In this document: positions 8,086-16,131 of the stretch, one piece after another | Position numbering within the stretch: position 1 is the first letter of the stretch | Layout of the letters: the number at the start of each line of letters is the position of its first letter | Source: Candidatus Geothermarchaeota archaeon | Lineage (GTDB): Archaea; Thermoproteota; Nitrososphaeria; Geothermarchaeales; JDFR-13 | Assembly (NCBI GenBank): GCA_015522055.1 | Contig: WAMZ01000039.1 | Location: forward strand, 1 to 20,000 | Direction of reading: 5' to 3' | Length of the DNA: 20,000 bases | Notes under the pieces: generated by a model | The model's database searches: none | Told to the model about the DNA's origin: nothing | Seen by the model: only the letters and a program-made list of their open reading frames with translations | Program-made: the position numbers and the translations under genes

Positions 8086-8393
8086 ATATACCGGGTGTTA
8101 TACTGCAGAATAATATGCAGTGGCTAGACTATCTACTTATCATATCAATTGTCGTAGCTATATTTGCATTTATGCTAGGGAATAGGGGGATGAGGAGGGC
8201 GAATCAATTTAGTAGACCTCCGGAGATCCATACTGAATTAGTATGTTCTGACTGTGGTTTTAAGGAGATAAGGAGATTTAAGGAGGGGGACTATATAGGG
8301 CTTGAGACCGGTGAGAAGTGTAAGAAGTGTGGGGGTCCAACCTTCGTAAACTTAATATACACGCCTACCTCACCTCTAGAGGAGAAGAGTTAG
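8082..8393 (+). CDS. Small membrane-anchored zinc-ribbon protein (103 aa)
   Basis: The ATG overlaps the upstream stop (ATGA at 8082-8085). It has one TM helix (YLLIISIVVAIFAFML) followed by CSDC...x17...CKKC, a four-Cys zinc ribbon. Confidence 0.72.
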   Translation: MNIPGVILQNNMQWLDYLLIISIVVAIFAFMLGNRGMRRANQFSRPPEIHTELVCSDCGFKEIRRFKEGDYIGLETGEKCKKCGGPTFVNLIYTPTSPLEEKS

Positions 8394-8394
8394 G

Positions 8395-9339
8395 CTATTC
8401 CTTGGTTATCACTATAGGTTCTCCATCAGTTACTATGACTGTGTGCTCAAACTGTGATACAAAGGCTCCTTTCTTCTCTACGAGCATAGGGTAGCTTCTT
8501 AGGTACCCTAATCTATATAGTTCTCTAATTTTAGTAAAGATTTCCTCTCCATAGAGATTTTCTAGCCACCTGGGTGTGAAGGGGAGAAGCCCATATTCAT
8601 TGAATATATGATTCTTAAGCTTGTTTAGATCTTTGTCCTTAATCTTTTTTAGCTTCGTTAACGAGAATATCCTGGCTTCTCCTCCTTCAACAACTGAGCC
8701 TGCTCCATCTTTAAATGTCAGGAACGGCTCTATGGCATACACCTCGCCAGCATATGCTCTATGGGCAAGGAGCTGCTTTGTATTTGGTACGCTTTTCCCG
8801 GCATGTAGTTTAAATCTATCTACTAAGTGCCCAGTGAGGTTGGATATGGGTTTATATCCATATTGTCTAGCTCTATCCTCGACGAATTCCCCGATCTTAC
8901 CTAGATTTATATCATTCCTAATCATCTCTATAACTTCATCCAGTATGTCCTTGTTAACCTCGCTGATCTTTACATATTCATATCCCCTAGCTATCGTCAC
9001 GGCATTATCAGCTATATATCCATCTACCATCGCTCCCACATCTATCTTTAGGAGCCCCTTTTCAAACTCTATTTCGTCCCCTCTATATGGGGTTGAATGG
9101 GCCGCAACTTGGTTGAGGCTTATGTTGCATGGGAAAGCTGGTCTACAGCCATTGTTTAAAATATACTCCTCTATCTTTATGCATAATTCATAGAGGTCTA
9201 TCTTCTTTTTAGGTTTAACTAGCTCTACACCTAGATTAAGTGCTTTTCTCGCGATCTTGCCAGCCTTTAAGTATTTATCTATAATCTCATCATCCAGTTT
9301 CCCAACTTTCATAATTAACGATATATAGGCTTTAGACAT
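8395..9339 (-). CDS. map: Methionine aminopeptidase, type 2 (archaeal)
   Basis: The pita-bread metal-ligand blocks are present: IDVGAMVDGYIADNAVT, TGHLVDRFKLHAGKSVP, YAIEPF and SQFEHTVIVT, with the type-2 helical insert. The true start may be the internal ATG at 9312 (MKVGKLDDE...). Its stop lies 1 nt from the stop of convergent gene 8082..8393. Confidence 0.93.
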   Translation of the reverse strand: MSKAYISLIMKVGKLDDEIIDKYLKAGKIARKALNLGVELVKPKKKIDLYELCIKIEEYILNNGCRPAFPCNISLNQVAAHSTPYRGDEIEFEKGLLKIDVGAMVDGYIADNAVTIARGYEYVKISEVNKDILDEVIEMIRNDINLGKIGEFVEDRARQYGYKPISNLTGHLVDRFKLHAGKSVPNTKQLLAHRAYAGEVYAIEPFLTFKDGAGSVVEGGEARIFSLTKLKKIKDKDLNKLKNHIFNEYGLLPFTPRWLENLYGEEIFTKIRELYRLGYLRSYPMLVEKKGAFVSQFEHTVIVTDGEPIVITKE

Positions 9340-9386
9340 TAATTTATTTTGAATTATGTTTAATAATCTCGTTTTGGATGGTCTAG

Positions 9387-9854
9387 ATGAAGTCTATAGT
9401 AGCTGTTGTGGGAGGTACGTTTGACGAGCTTCATGCGGGGCATATGAAGCTTATACAGACGGCTTTCACAATAGGCGACCGCATTCTAATAGGTTTATCG
9501 ACGGATGAATTTGCTATGAGAAGCAAGAGGCGTAGAGTGAATCCATATGAGGTTCGGAAGAGGCGTTTGGTTTCCCTTATAGATAACTCGTCATGGTCTA
9601 GAGGAAAGAAATATGAGATATTTCCAATAAATGACGTCTATGGCCCTACTATTGAGATTGAAGATATTGATATAATTATTGTAAGTGTAGAGACTTTTGG
9701 AGGCGCTATAAAGATTAATGAGGAGAGGGTTAGGAGGGGTTTTAGGCCACTCGCTATTCATGTAATCAATATGGTTGAGACCGAGAGAGGTGAGAAAATA
9801 TCTTCATCGGAGATCCTGAGGAAGCTTAAAGATGTCTGGGGGAGGGATATCTAA
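9387..9854 (+). CDS. coaD: Phosphopantetheine adenylyltransferase, archaeal type (cytidylyltransferase fold)
   Basis: It has the GGTFDELHAGH nucleotidyltransferase (H/T)xGH motif, then IGLSTDEFA, YGPT, VSVET and IN..R blocks, at 155 aa. This is the pattern of archaeal PPAT (COG1019-type). The related RibL-type enzymes are not formally excluded. Confidence 0.78.
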   Translation: MKSIVAVVGGTFDELHAGHMKLIQTAFTIGDRILIGLSTDEFAMRSKRRRVNPYEVRKRRLVSLIDNSSWSRGKKYEIFPINDVYGPTIEIEDIDIIIVSVETFGGAIKINEERVRRGFRPLAIHVINMVETERGEKISSSEILRKLKDVWGRDI

Positions 9855-9930
9855 AATGTTTTAAATTAGCCTCTATTCATTCTAAATATATAAGTCTATT
9901 CTATTTACAATAGGCTGGTGGGATCTGGTA

Positions 9931-11439
9931 ATGGATGTTGAATTGGCTAAGAGGGTGCTCGATGAGGTCAGGGTAAGGGGGAGGGTCCAACTATCGAGTC
10001 TAGCGGAGGCACTGAACATTAATATTGACAAGTTGAGGGGATTAGTTGAGGATCTTAAGAAACGCGGTGCATTAAAGGTATATTCTCTTGTTAGGAAGAT
10101 TGTTTTCCCAGGACCCAGATTGTTAAAGTATAGGGATTTGCCTGAACTGATAATGTTCAGAGTCCTCAGTGAGTATGGGAGGATACGTTTCAGCGAATTG
10201 GGTGAGGTGGCTAGGCAAGTCTCGAGGGATGATCTCAATGCAGCTATTGGGAGGCTGGTGTCGAAGGGTATCGCGAGAATATCCTCGACAAATGGTGATA
10301 GGGTTATAGAATTGGTTGATGAGAAGCATGAATATGTGGAGCGGGCTAGTAGACTCGTGGAGCTTCTTATTAGGAATATGGAGGGTATTTCTTATGATAG
10401 TCTGGACCCCGCTCTCCAAGAGCTGGTCAACGAATTTACAAAGAGGCCAGGTATAGTTGATGTTAAGGAGATTAGGGAGTCATATATTGAACCGGGTGTC
10501 GAGCTAGATGCTGTGTATAAGGAGTTGGGTGAAGAGATATCCAGTCTCACGCCGGAGATTATCGTATCTGGTGTCTGGAAGGGTAGGGAGTTTAAGAAGT
10601 ATGACTTAAATGAACGTGTATATGTAGCGTTTCCAGCCAAGTTACATCCTATGCATGAGTTGATTAAAGAGATTAGGGAGATCTTCCTAAGTATGGGGTT
10701 CATGGAGGCGACAGGGCCTCTTGTAGAGCTCGCTTTCATCAACTTTGATATGCTTTTCCAGCCTCAAGACCATCCGGCTAGGGATATGCAAGACACCTTT
10801 TATCTCAAGAGGCCTAAATACGGTGTTATTGAGTATCCTGATGACTTGGTTGAGAGGATTAGGCTAACCCATGAGGCCGGCTGGGAGACGGGATCTAGAG
10901 GATGGGGTGGGCATTGGGATGTTAATGAGGCTAGGAAGCTTCTGCTCCGTACCCATACTACATCGGTTAGTGTCAGGAAGGTATATGAATTGGGTGAGCG
11001 GGAGGCCAAGATATTTAGTATCGGGCGGGTATTCAGGAATGAGACGGTTGATTATAAGCATCTGGCTGAATTTATGCAGGTAGATGGGATCGTAATTAGT
11101 AGACGGGGAAATGTTAGGGAGTTGATGGGTATAATCAGTGAGTTCTATAGGAGGCTGGGGTTCGAGGATGTCCGTTTTTGGCCTAGTTACTTCCCCTACA
11201 CGGAGCCCTCCCTCCAACCCTCTATATATGTAAAGAAGTGGGGTAAATGGCTGGAGCTGGGTGGTGCCGGGATATTCCGTCCCGAGGTTACCTATCCTCT
11301 GGGCGTTAAGTGGCCAGTCCTCGCATGGGGATTAGGTATAGAACGTATATTGATGATTAAGTATGACTTGGATGACATCAGGACAATATATGAAAATAAT
11401 CTTGGTTGGCTTAGACACATACCTATATATACAAGGTGA
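9931..11439 (+). CDS. pheS: Phenylalanyl-tRNA synthetase alpha subunit
   Basis: The class II core is present: GRVFRNETVDYKHLAEFMQVDG, GAGIFRPEV and WGLGIERILM. The long N-terminal winged-helix-like region is typical of archaeal/eukaryal alpha chains. The stop abuts pheT. Confidence 0.95.
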   Translation: MDVELAKRVLDEVRVRGRVQLSSLAEALNINIDKLRGLVEDLKKRGALKVYSLVRKIVFPGPRLLKYRDLPELIMFRVLSEYGRIRFSELGEVARQVSRDDLNAAIGRLVSKGIARISSTNGDRVIELVDEKHEYVERASRLVELLIRNMEGISYDSLDPALQELVNEFTKRPGIVDVKEIRESYIEPGVELDAVYKELGEEISSLTPEIIVSGVWKGREFKKYDLNERVYVAFPAKLHPMHELIKEIREIFLSMGFMEATGPLVELAFINFDMLFQPQDHPARDMQDTFYLKRPKYGVIEYPDDLVERIRLTHEAGWETGSRGWGGHWDVNEARKLLLRTHTTSVSVRKVYELGEREAKIFSIGRVFRNETVDYKHLAEFMQVDGIVISRRGNVRELMGIISEFYRRLGFEDVRFWPSYFPYTEPSLQPSIYVKKWGKWLELGGAGIFRPEVTYPLGVKWPVLAWGLGIERILMIKYDLDDIRTIYENNLGWLRHIPIYTR

Positions 11440-13113
11440 TTGGTTGTGCCTGTATTAACCTTATATAAATACCGGGTTGAGGAGATGCTTGGTAGGACGA
11501 TGGATATAGATGAGCTGGAGGAGTGGCTTCCATGGCTTGCCCTGGATATAGAGGATAAGGGACCTGATTATATTAAGGTCGAATATAATCCTAATAGGCC
11601 TGATTATGGGACCCCACACGGCATTATGAGGGCCTTAAAAGGCATAATGGGTGTGGAAAGGGGGGCCCCTAAATATAAGGTTGAAGATAGCAAGATCGAG
11701 GTCCACGTCGACCAGTCGGTATCGGGTATAAGGCCATATATATTATGTGCATTGGTTAAGGGTGTCAGGCTTAGGGAGGATCTTATAGAGGAGATTATAG
11801 AATTTCAGGAGGATCTCCATATGGGTATTGGGAGGAATAGGCGTAAGATGGCTATAGGCCTGCATGACGCAGATAAGGTGACTCCCCCAATAAAATATAC
11901 CACGGTCGATGGCAGTTTCAAGTTTATCCCATTAGAATGCGATTCCGAGATGAGTATAACTGAAATACTTAGTAAACACCCTACTGGAATCAAGTATTCA
12001 TATGTTTATAGGGGGGTCGATAGGTATCCAATAATTTTGGATAGCGAGGGCATCGTACTATCATTTCCCCCTATCATAAATGGGATATACACCCAACTAT
12101 CTCCTGATACTAGGGATATATTCATAGATGTGACTGGCCTTGAGCTAAATACATTGATGCAGACCATAAATCTATTGACAACTACGTTAGCCGAGTATGG
12201 GGGGTCGATATATTCCGTTACGGTATATTATCCCGATGGTGATACCGTAGTCTCCCCCTCCCTACAATATGAACGTATTAAGGTATCTATAGACTACATT
12301 AAGTCCCTGATAGGGGTCGAGCTCAGCCTCGATGAGATAACCGAGTCTGTGGAGAAGGCTAGGCTAGACGTTTCTAGTATATCTGATAAGGAAATTGAGG
12401 TGGTGGTCCCTCCATATAGGGTTGATATAATGCATCCAGTGGATATAGTTGAGGATGTCATGATTGGATATGGGTTATGGAGGCTATCGCCTACTCTCCC
12501 CAATGTAGTTACTGTGGGGGCGCCAGATGGCTTTAATGTCTTTAAGGATAGGCTTTCGCTAATTATGGTGGGCCTCGGTTTCCAGGAGGTTATGAACTCC
12601 GTTCTAACCAATCCCGAGGAGCAGTTTGTTAAGATGAATCTGGATCCTGTAGACTATATAGAAGTTGAGTCTCCCAAGAGTAGCCTATATAGGATACTTA
12701 GGAGGTGGATTATTCCAAGGCTTATGACGAATCTCTATCGGTCGAAGAGTGAGGATTATCCACAGAAGATATTTGAGATCGGTGAGGTTGTGTATCCAGC
12801 CGGTGACAAAGTTATTGAGGAGACGCATCTCGCCGCAGCCGTGGCTGGTAGTAAACAGGATTATACGGTTATCAAGGCTGCCTTGGATGGTTTCATGGAG
12901 GCTATAGGCATAGGTGATTACCATGTGGTGGATGGGGCCCATAGAAGCTTTATCCCCGGGAGGGTTGGATACATAGTTGTTGGGGAGGAGGAGATAGGTA
13001 TAATTGGGGAGATACACCCGAGTGTGATACTTAACTTCCAGTTAGCTGTCCCAGTAGCAGCGTTCGAGATAAACATTAACAAGTTAAATAGAATATTGTC
13101 TAGGGCTAGTTAA
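11440..13113 (+). CDS. pheT: Phenylalanyl-tRNA synthetase beta subunit (archaeal type)
   Basis: ~555 aa, with an EYNPNRPDYGTPHGIMRAL block (B3/4-type) and a C-terminal class-II-like fold. It immediately follows pheS. The tracked start is TTG 11440, but GTG 11446 (MPVLTLYKY...), preceded by aaggtga, is the more likely initiator. Confidence 0.93.
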   Translation: MVVPVLTLYKYRVEEMLGRTMDIDELEEWLPWLALDIEDKGPDYIKVEYNPNRPDYGTPHGIMRALKGIMGVERGAPKYKVEDSKIEVHVDQSVSGIRPYILCALVKGVRLREDLIEEIIEFQEDLHMGIGRNRRKMAIGLHDADKVTPPIKYTTVDGSFKFIPLECDSEMSITEILSKHPTGIKYSYVYRGVDRYPIILDSEGIVLSFPPIINGIYTQLSPDTRDIFIDVTGLELNTLMQTINLLTTTLAEYGGSIYSVTVYYPDGDTVVSPSLQYERIKVSIDYIKSLIGVELSLDEITESVEKARLDVSSISDKEIEVVVPPYRVDIMHPVDIVEDVMIGYGLWRLSPTLPNVVTVGAPDGFNVFKDRLSLIMVGLGFQEVMNSVLTNPEEQFVKMNLDPVDYIEVESPKSSLYRILRRWIIPRLMTNLYRSKSEDYPQKIFEIGEVVYPAGDKVIEETHLAAAVAGSKQDYTVIKAALDGFMEAIGIGDYHVVDGAHRSFIPGRVGYIVVGEEEIGIIGEIHPSVILNFQLAVPVAAFEININKLNRILSRAS

Positions 13114-13115
13114 AC

Positions 13116-13122
13116 TATATAT
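13116..13122 (+). promoter_or_regulatory. TATA-like box upstream of the GC-rich RNA candidate
   Basis: tatatat is centred ~27 nt upstream of the first G-run at 13149, the same spacing as at the 5S and tRNA genes in this window. Confidence 0.4.
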
Positions 13123-13148
13123 CATAGGCCTGTATTAATGAATTTATT

Positions 13149-13310
13149 GGCTGGAGTCCGTGTAGCGACGGGGACCCCTGATCCATGAGGGGGCTCCTTA
13201 CCCCTACACGGAACACCCTCGCAAAACGCCCACGAGAGAGCCTCACTCGAGGATGGGCGCTATGCCCCCGAGGAGAGAGGAGAGGGTTAGGCGTGGGCGA
13301 CAAATCCACT
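13149..13310 (+). ncRNA. Unassigned GC-rich structured RNA candidate (two long hairpins, each followed by ACA; H/ACA-guide-like)
   Basis: By hand count the block is ~64% G+C (103/162), against ~27% in the preceding 48 nt. There is a perfect 9-bp helix 13157-65/13204-12 and a perfect 8-bp helix 13227-34/13292-99, each with nested inner helices. ACA follows each basal helix directly, at 13213-15 and 13300-02. The ORFs across it look spurious. Strand choice rests on a G:U pair (13172:13195) and TATA spacing, and is not certain. Confidence 0.5.
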
Positions 13311-13354
13311 AATCCTTATATTTGCTCATGGCTTGGTATATATAGTGATGCAGG

Positions 13355-14416
13355 ATGGATCCCGATGAGAAGGTGCGGCTCATACTTGATGGGGCGGCTG
13401 AGGTTATCACTGTAGACGAGCTTAGGGAGTTATTCGAGAATAAGGATGAGCCGCTGGTATACTGGGGGTTCGAGTGCTCTGGATACATACATCTTGGGAT
13501 CGGTCTAGTTACCTCTAGAAAGATGAGGCACTTCCTTGAAACTGGTATGAGGCTAATCATACTTTTGGCGGATTGGCATTCATGGATAAATAATAAGTTC
13601 GGTGGGGATATGGAGAAGATCAAGGTGGCTGGTGAATATTTTAAACACGCCTTCACAGCCCTGGGTGTGAAGGGCCCTAAGGTTGAATATATGTGGGCTG
13701 AGGATCTGGTTAGTAGGGAGGGATATTGGGAGACATTGATAAGGATCGCTAAGAGAGTCTCGCTAAATAGGGTGATTAGGAGTCTACCTATCATGGGTAG
13801 GAGGGATACCAGTGAGATAAGTGAGTTTGCTTGGCTAATATACCCCCTAATGCAGGCCACAGACATATTTATGCTGGATGTAGATGTTGCTGGGGCCGGA
13901 ATTGACCAGAGGAAGGCTCATATGCTGGCTAGAGACGTTGCATCCCCACTTAATTTCAAGAAGGCTGTTTTTGTTCATACACCACTACTACCGTCCCTCG
14001 ATGCCGAGGTACCCCTATCCAAGGATGAGATTATATATAGTAAGATGTCTAAGAGTAGGCCGGGGAGCGCCGTTTTCATCCATGACGATGAGGAGACTGT
14101 TAGGAGGAAGGTTATGAAGGGCTTCTGCCCACCCAACGATGTTGATAGGAACCCCTTCATGTATCTATATAAAATAGTTATATTCCCATATATCCGTGAT
14201 CTAGGTAGAGAGGTGGTTATAAATACTAGGAGGGGGGAGTTAGTATACACTAGGTATGATGACTTTAGTAAGGACTATAAGGAGGGTAAGATGCATCCAC
14301 TCGATATTAAGGAGGCTGCGGTTGAGTATCTAAACATCATATTGGATCCAGTTAGGAAATATTTCGATGCCCATAGCGATGTACTGGATACTATGGCATC
14401 AATAATGCAGCAATGA
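13355..14416 (+). CDS. tyrS: Tyrosyl-tRNA synthetase (archaeal type)
   Basis: Class I motifs are present: a HIGH variant (SGYIHLGIG) and KMSKS. It aligns along its length with the M. jannaschii TyrRS pattern (YxGFExSG...LLADxH...YPxMQxxD...DQRKxHMLAR...KMSxS...HPxDxK). The equivalents of Tyr32 and Asp158 (VYWGFE; LMQATD) are conserved. Confidence 0.88.
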   Translation: MDPDEKVRLILDGAAEVITVDELRELFENKDEPLVYWGFECSGYIHLGIGLVTSRKMRHFLETGMRLIILLADWHSWINNKFGGDMEKIKVAGEYFKHAFTALGVKGPKVEYMWAEDLVSREGYWETLIRIAKRVSLNRVIRSLPIMGRRDTSEISEFAWLIYPLMQATDIFMLDVDVAGAGIDQRKAHMLARDVASPLNFKKAVFVHTPLLPSLDAEVPLSKDEIIYSKMSKSRPGSAVFIHDDEETVRRKVMKGFCPPNDVDRNPFMYLYKIVIFPYIRDLGREVVINTRRGELVYTRYDDFSKDYKEGKMHPLDIKEAAVEYLNIILDPVRKYFDAHSDVLDTMASIMQQ

Positions 14417-14838
14417 GGAGGGCCCCAGATATCTGTAGTGCGGTTAAGTATGTTTCATCTACATTGGAGTCCCTGAATAGTTACATAGGGAACTTATTGT
14501 TTATTGTGGAGGGTGACAGTGATAGGGCGGCCTTATTAGACCTAGGTTTCCCCTACGACGATATCATAGTATATAAGCAGTCTAGGCTCGATGAGGTTTT
14601 AGTTAGCCGTAGATCCAGTGGATATAGGTATGTCGTATTGTTGGTTGATTTTGATGAGGAAGGCTCTAGGTTGGTTAGGCGGATTAGGAGTGAGGCGGCT
14701 GCACATGGATACATTGAGTTAACAGGGGTTAGGAGGGGGCTTAGGAGATATGCACACTTCTTTGGATATACCATAGATGCATATTTTAGGAATTATATGT
14801 CATACTACGAGGAATGCATTCAACGGGGTATGCTATGA
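14413..14838 (+). CDS. Small stand-alone Toprim-domain protein (RNase M5-like / small primase-like)
   Basis: The ATG overlaps the tyrS stop (ATGA). Both Toprim signatures are present, FIVEGDSDRAAL (catalytic Glu) and VLLVDFDEEGSRL (DxD), within a 141-aa protein. Confidence 0.8.
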   Translation: MRRAPDICSAVKYVSSTLESLNSYIGNLLFIVEGDSDRAALLDLGFPYDDIIVYKQSRLDEVLVSRRSSGYRYVVLLVDFDEEGSRLVRRIRSEAAAHGYIELTGVRRGLRRYAHFFGYTIDAYFRNYMSYYEECIQRGML

Positions 14839-14945
14839 ACACTTAGGAATAACACCTTTATATAGGTTGGTTGGTGATTAAATAATAGTGTTTCCAATCT
14901 AACAGATAAAAATGATCGATATGATTATTTGGAGGTGTATATGAT

Positions 14946-16090
14946 TTGGTGTCAAAGAATGATAGTGGTGATGAAGATAAACATATTAAATACATACTAA
15001 CCTTCACCTTCGAGATTGACGGTATAGTCGAGAAGAGCGATATAGTCGGAGCTATATTTGGGCAGACAGAGGGGATATTCGGGCCTTCCTTCGATCTACG
15101 TGAGATGGCGAAGACGGGTAAGATAGGTAGGATAATACCGGTGAACGTCAGCACGAAGAACAGGAAGACTACCGGGACGCTGAAGGTTACGACTACTAAG
15201 GAGATAGAGGCAGCGGCCTTGATCGCGGCGCTGATCGAGACAGTTAATCAAGTAGGGCCATATAAGGCTACCTTCAAGTTCAAGCAGATAGTTGATGCTA
15301 GGGAGGAGAAGATAAAGGAGATTGAGCGTAGGGCGATGGAGATACTTGAAAACTGGAGGATTAAGAAGCTGCCTAAGGCTGAGGAGGTTCTTGAATCCCT
15401 CAGGAGGAAGCTCCAGGACAAAATCCATATCAAGACTATAAACATAGGGGGAGAAAAGCTGGCGGCCGGGCCAGATATAGAGAGTAGTGACGAGATCATA
15501 TTGGTTGAGGGGAGGGCCGACGTCGCCAATCTAGTTAAGTACGGTATTAAGATGTACTTAGCATAGGAGGTGGTAGGATACCGGCAGATATTAATAAAGT
15601 GGTCAAGAATAAGAAGGTCGTGGCTTTCCTAGACGGTGACAGGGGAGGCGCCCTCAATCTTAAGAAGCTTATGCAGACGGTTAAGATCGATTATGTCGCC
15701 ATCGCCCCCCCGGGTAAGGAGGTGGAGGATCTTAAGCTAGATGAGATTAAGGAGGCATTGGAGAATAAGAAGCCTGTGGAGGACTACCTTCTCGAGTCTA
15801 AGGAGGGCCTTAAAGAGTATCGAGACTACATCAAGAAAGTTGTGGGGCAGCTCAAGGCCCTGATAATAAATGAAGATGGTGACGTATTGAAGGAGATACC
15901 AGTAAGTGAATTGGTGGACTATCTATCATCTACGGAAGACCCTGTCCACACTATAGTTATGGATGGTATAGTTACCCAGCGCCTACTCGACGTCTCTGTT
16001 AAGAAGGGTGTAAAGAAGATTGTCGGGCTTCGGAAGGGAGTAGTTGTACGTGAGCCGGCTGAGATCGAGGTATTGACGTTTGGCGACTGA
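14946..16090 (+). pseudogene. dnaG: Archaeal DnaG (Toprim primase-like / exosome-associated protein) interrupted by a 1-nt frameshift at ~15549-15552
   Basis: ORF 14946..15566 carries FEIDGIVEKSDIVGAIFGQTEG and VEGRADVANLVKYGIK. ORF 15599..16090 carries VAFLDGDRGG, PPGKEVEDL and ITQRLLD...LTFGD. The -1 frame from 15551 reads DVLSIGGGRIPADINKVVKNKKVVAFLDGDRGG without a stop and restores colinearity with intact DnaG. The start is TTG 14946 or GTG 14949, after ggaggtg. This could equally be a sequencing error. Confidence 0.85.
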
Positions 16091-16103
16091 GTCTAGGAAC
16101 ACA

Positions 16104-16127
16104 TTTTCTCTCTTTTTATTCCTTTAT
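16104..16127 (+). terminator. Pyrimidine/T-rich tract after dnaG (possible archaeal terminator)
   Basis: ttttctctctttttattcctttatt begins 14 nt after the dnaG stop, and archaeal termination uses oligo-T tracts. However, Pelota starts only ~5 nt later, so read-through or co-transcription is equally possible. Confidence 0.3.
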
Positions 16128-16131
16128 TGAA

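Noticed and set aside
7111-9193. ORFs 7111..7419, 7164..7370, 7656..7928 (-) and 8621..9193 (+)
   Set aside because: All lie inside and antisense to the DUF1512-like gene or map, have biased composition, and are displaced by strongly supported sense genes.
9882-13017. ORFs 9882..10238, 10123..10419, 10392..10742, 10800..11009, 10864..11217, 10871..11083, 11805..11993, 12294..12611, 12685..13017
   Set aside because: These are shadow or alternative-frame ORFs within pheS and pheT, whose identities are unambiguous.
13149-13310. Reduced (Thermoproteaceae-type) RNase P RNA
   Set aside because: GGAGUCC (13153-59) resembles CR-I, and GCGACAAAUCC (13297-13307) resembles the CR-V ACAGAA region. However, I could not pair them into a P4 helix. 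There is no P1-P3 sequence upstream (the flank is AT-rich), and the helix order is nested rather than the P2/P4 pseudoknot order. It is not excluded without a covariance-model scan.
13149-13310. tRNA, split-tRNA half or SRP RNA reading of the same island
   Set aside because: A T-arm-like hairpin (GUGGG-CGACAAA-UCCAC) lacks the UUC of the T loop and is followed by an AU-rich pseudo-acceptor. No complementary acceptor strand exists. No SRP helix-8 GGAAG...AGCA-type motif is present, and the length is about half that of an archaeal 7S RNA.
13115-13415. Tracked ORFs 13115..13309 (-) and 13185..13415 (+) as protein genes
   Set aside because: Both lie in the GC-rich island and owe their length to GC content. 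Their composition is Arg/Pro/Gly/Ser-rich, with no motif or family resemblance. The plus-strand ORF also runs into the tyrS start in another frame. An RNA explanation fits better.
13309-15529. ORFs 13309..13866, 13884..14117, 13975..14250, 14553..14774, 14858..15154, 15096..15428, 15248..15529
   Set aside because: These are antisense or off-frame ORFs within tyrS, the small Toprim gene and dnaG. They have low-complexity composition and no motifs.
15540-15570. Programmed -1 ribosomal frameshift in dnaG
   Set aside because: The shift site (g gta tta aga) has no X_XXY_YYZ slippery heptamer, and I see no stable stimulatory hairpin immediately downstream. A missing base or sequencing error is the simpler explanation.
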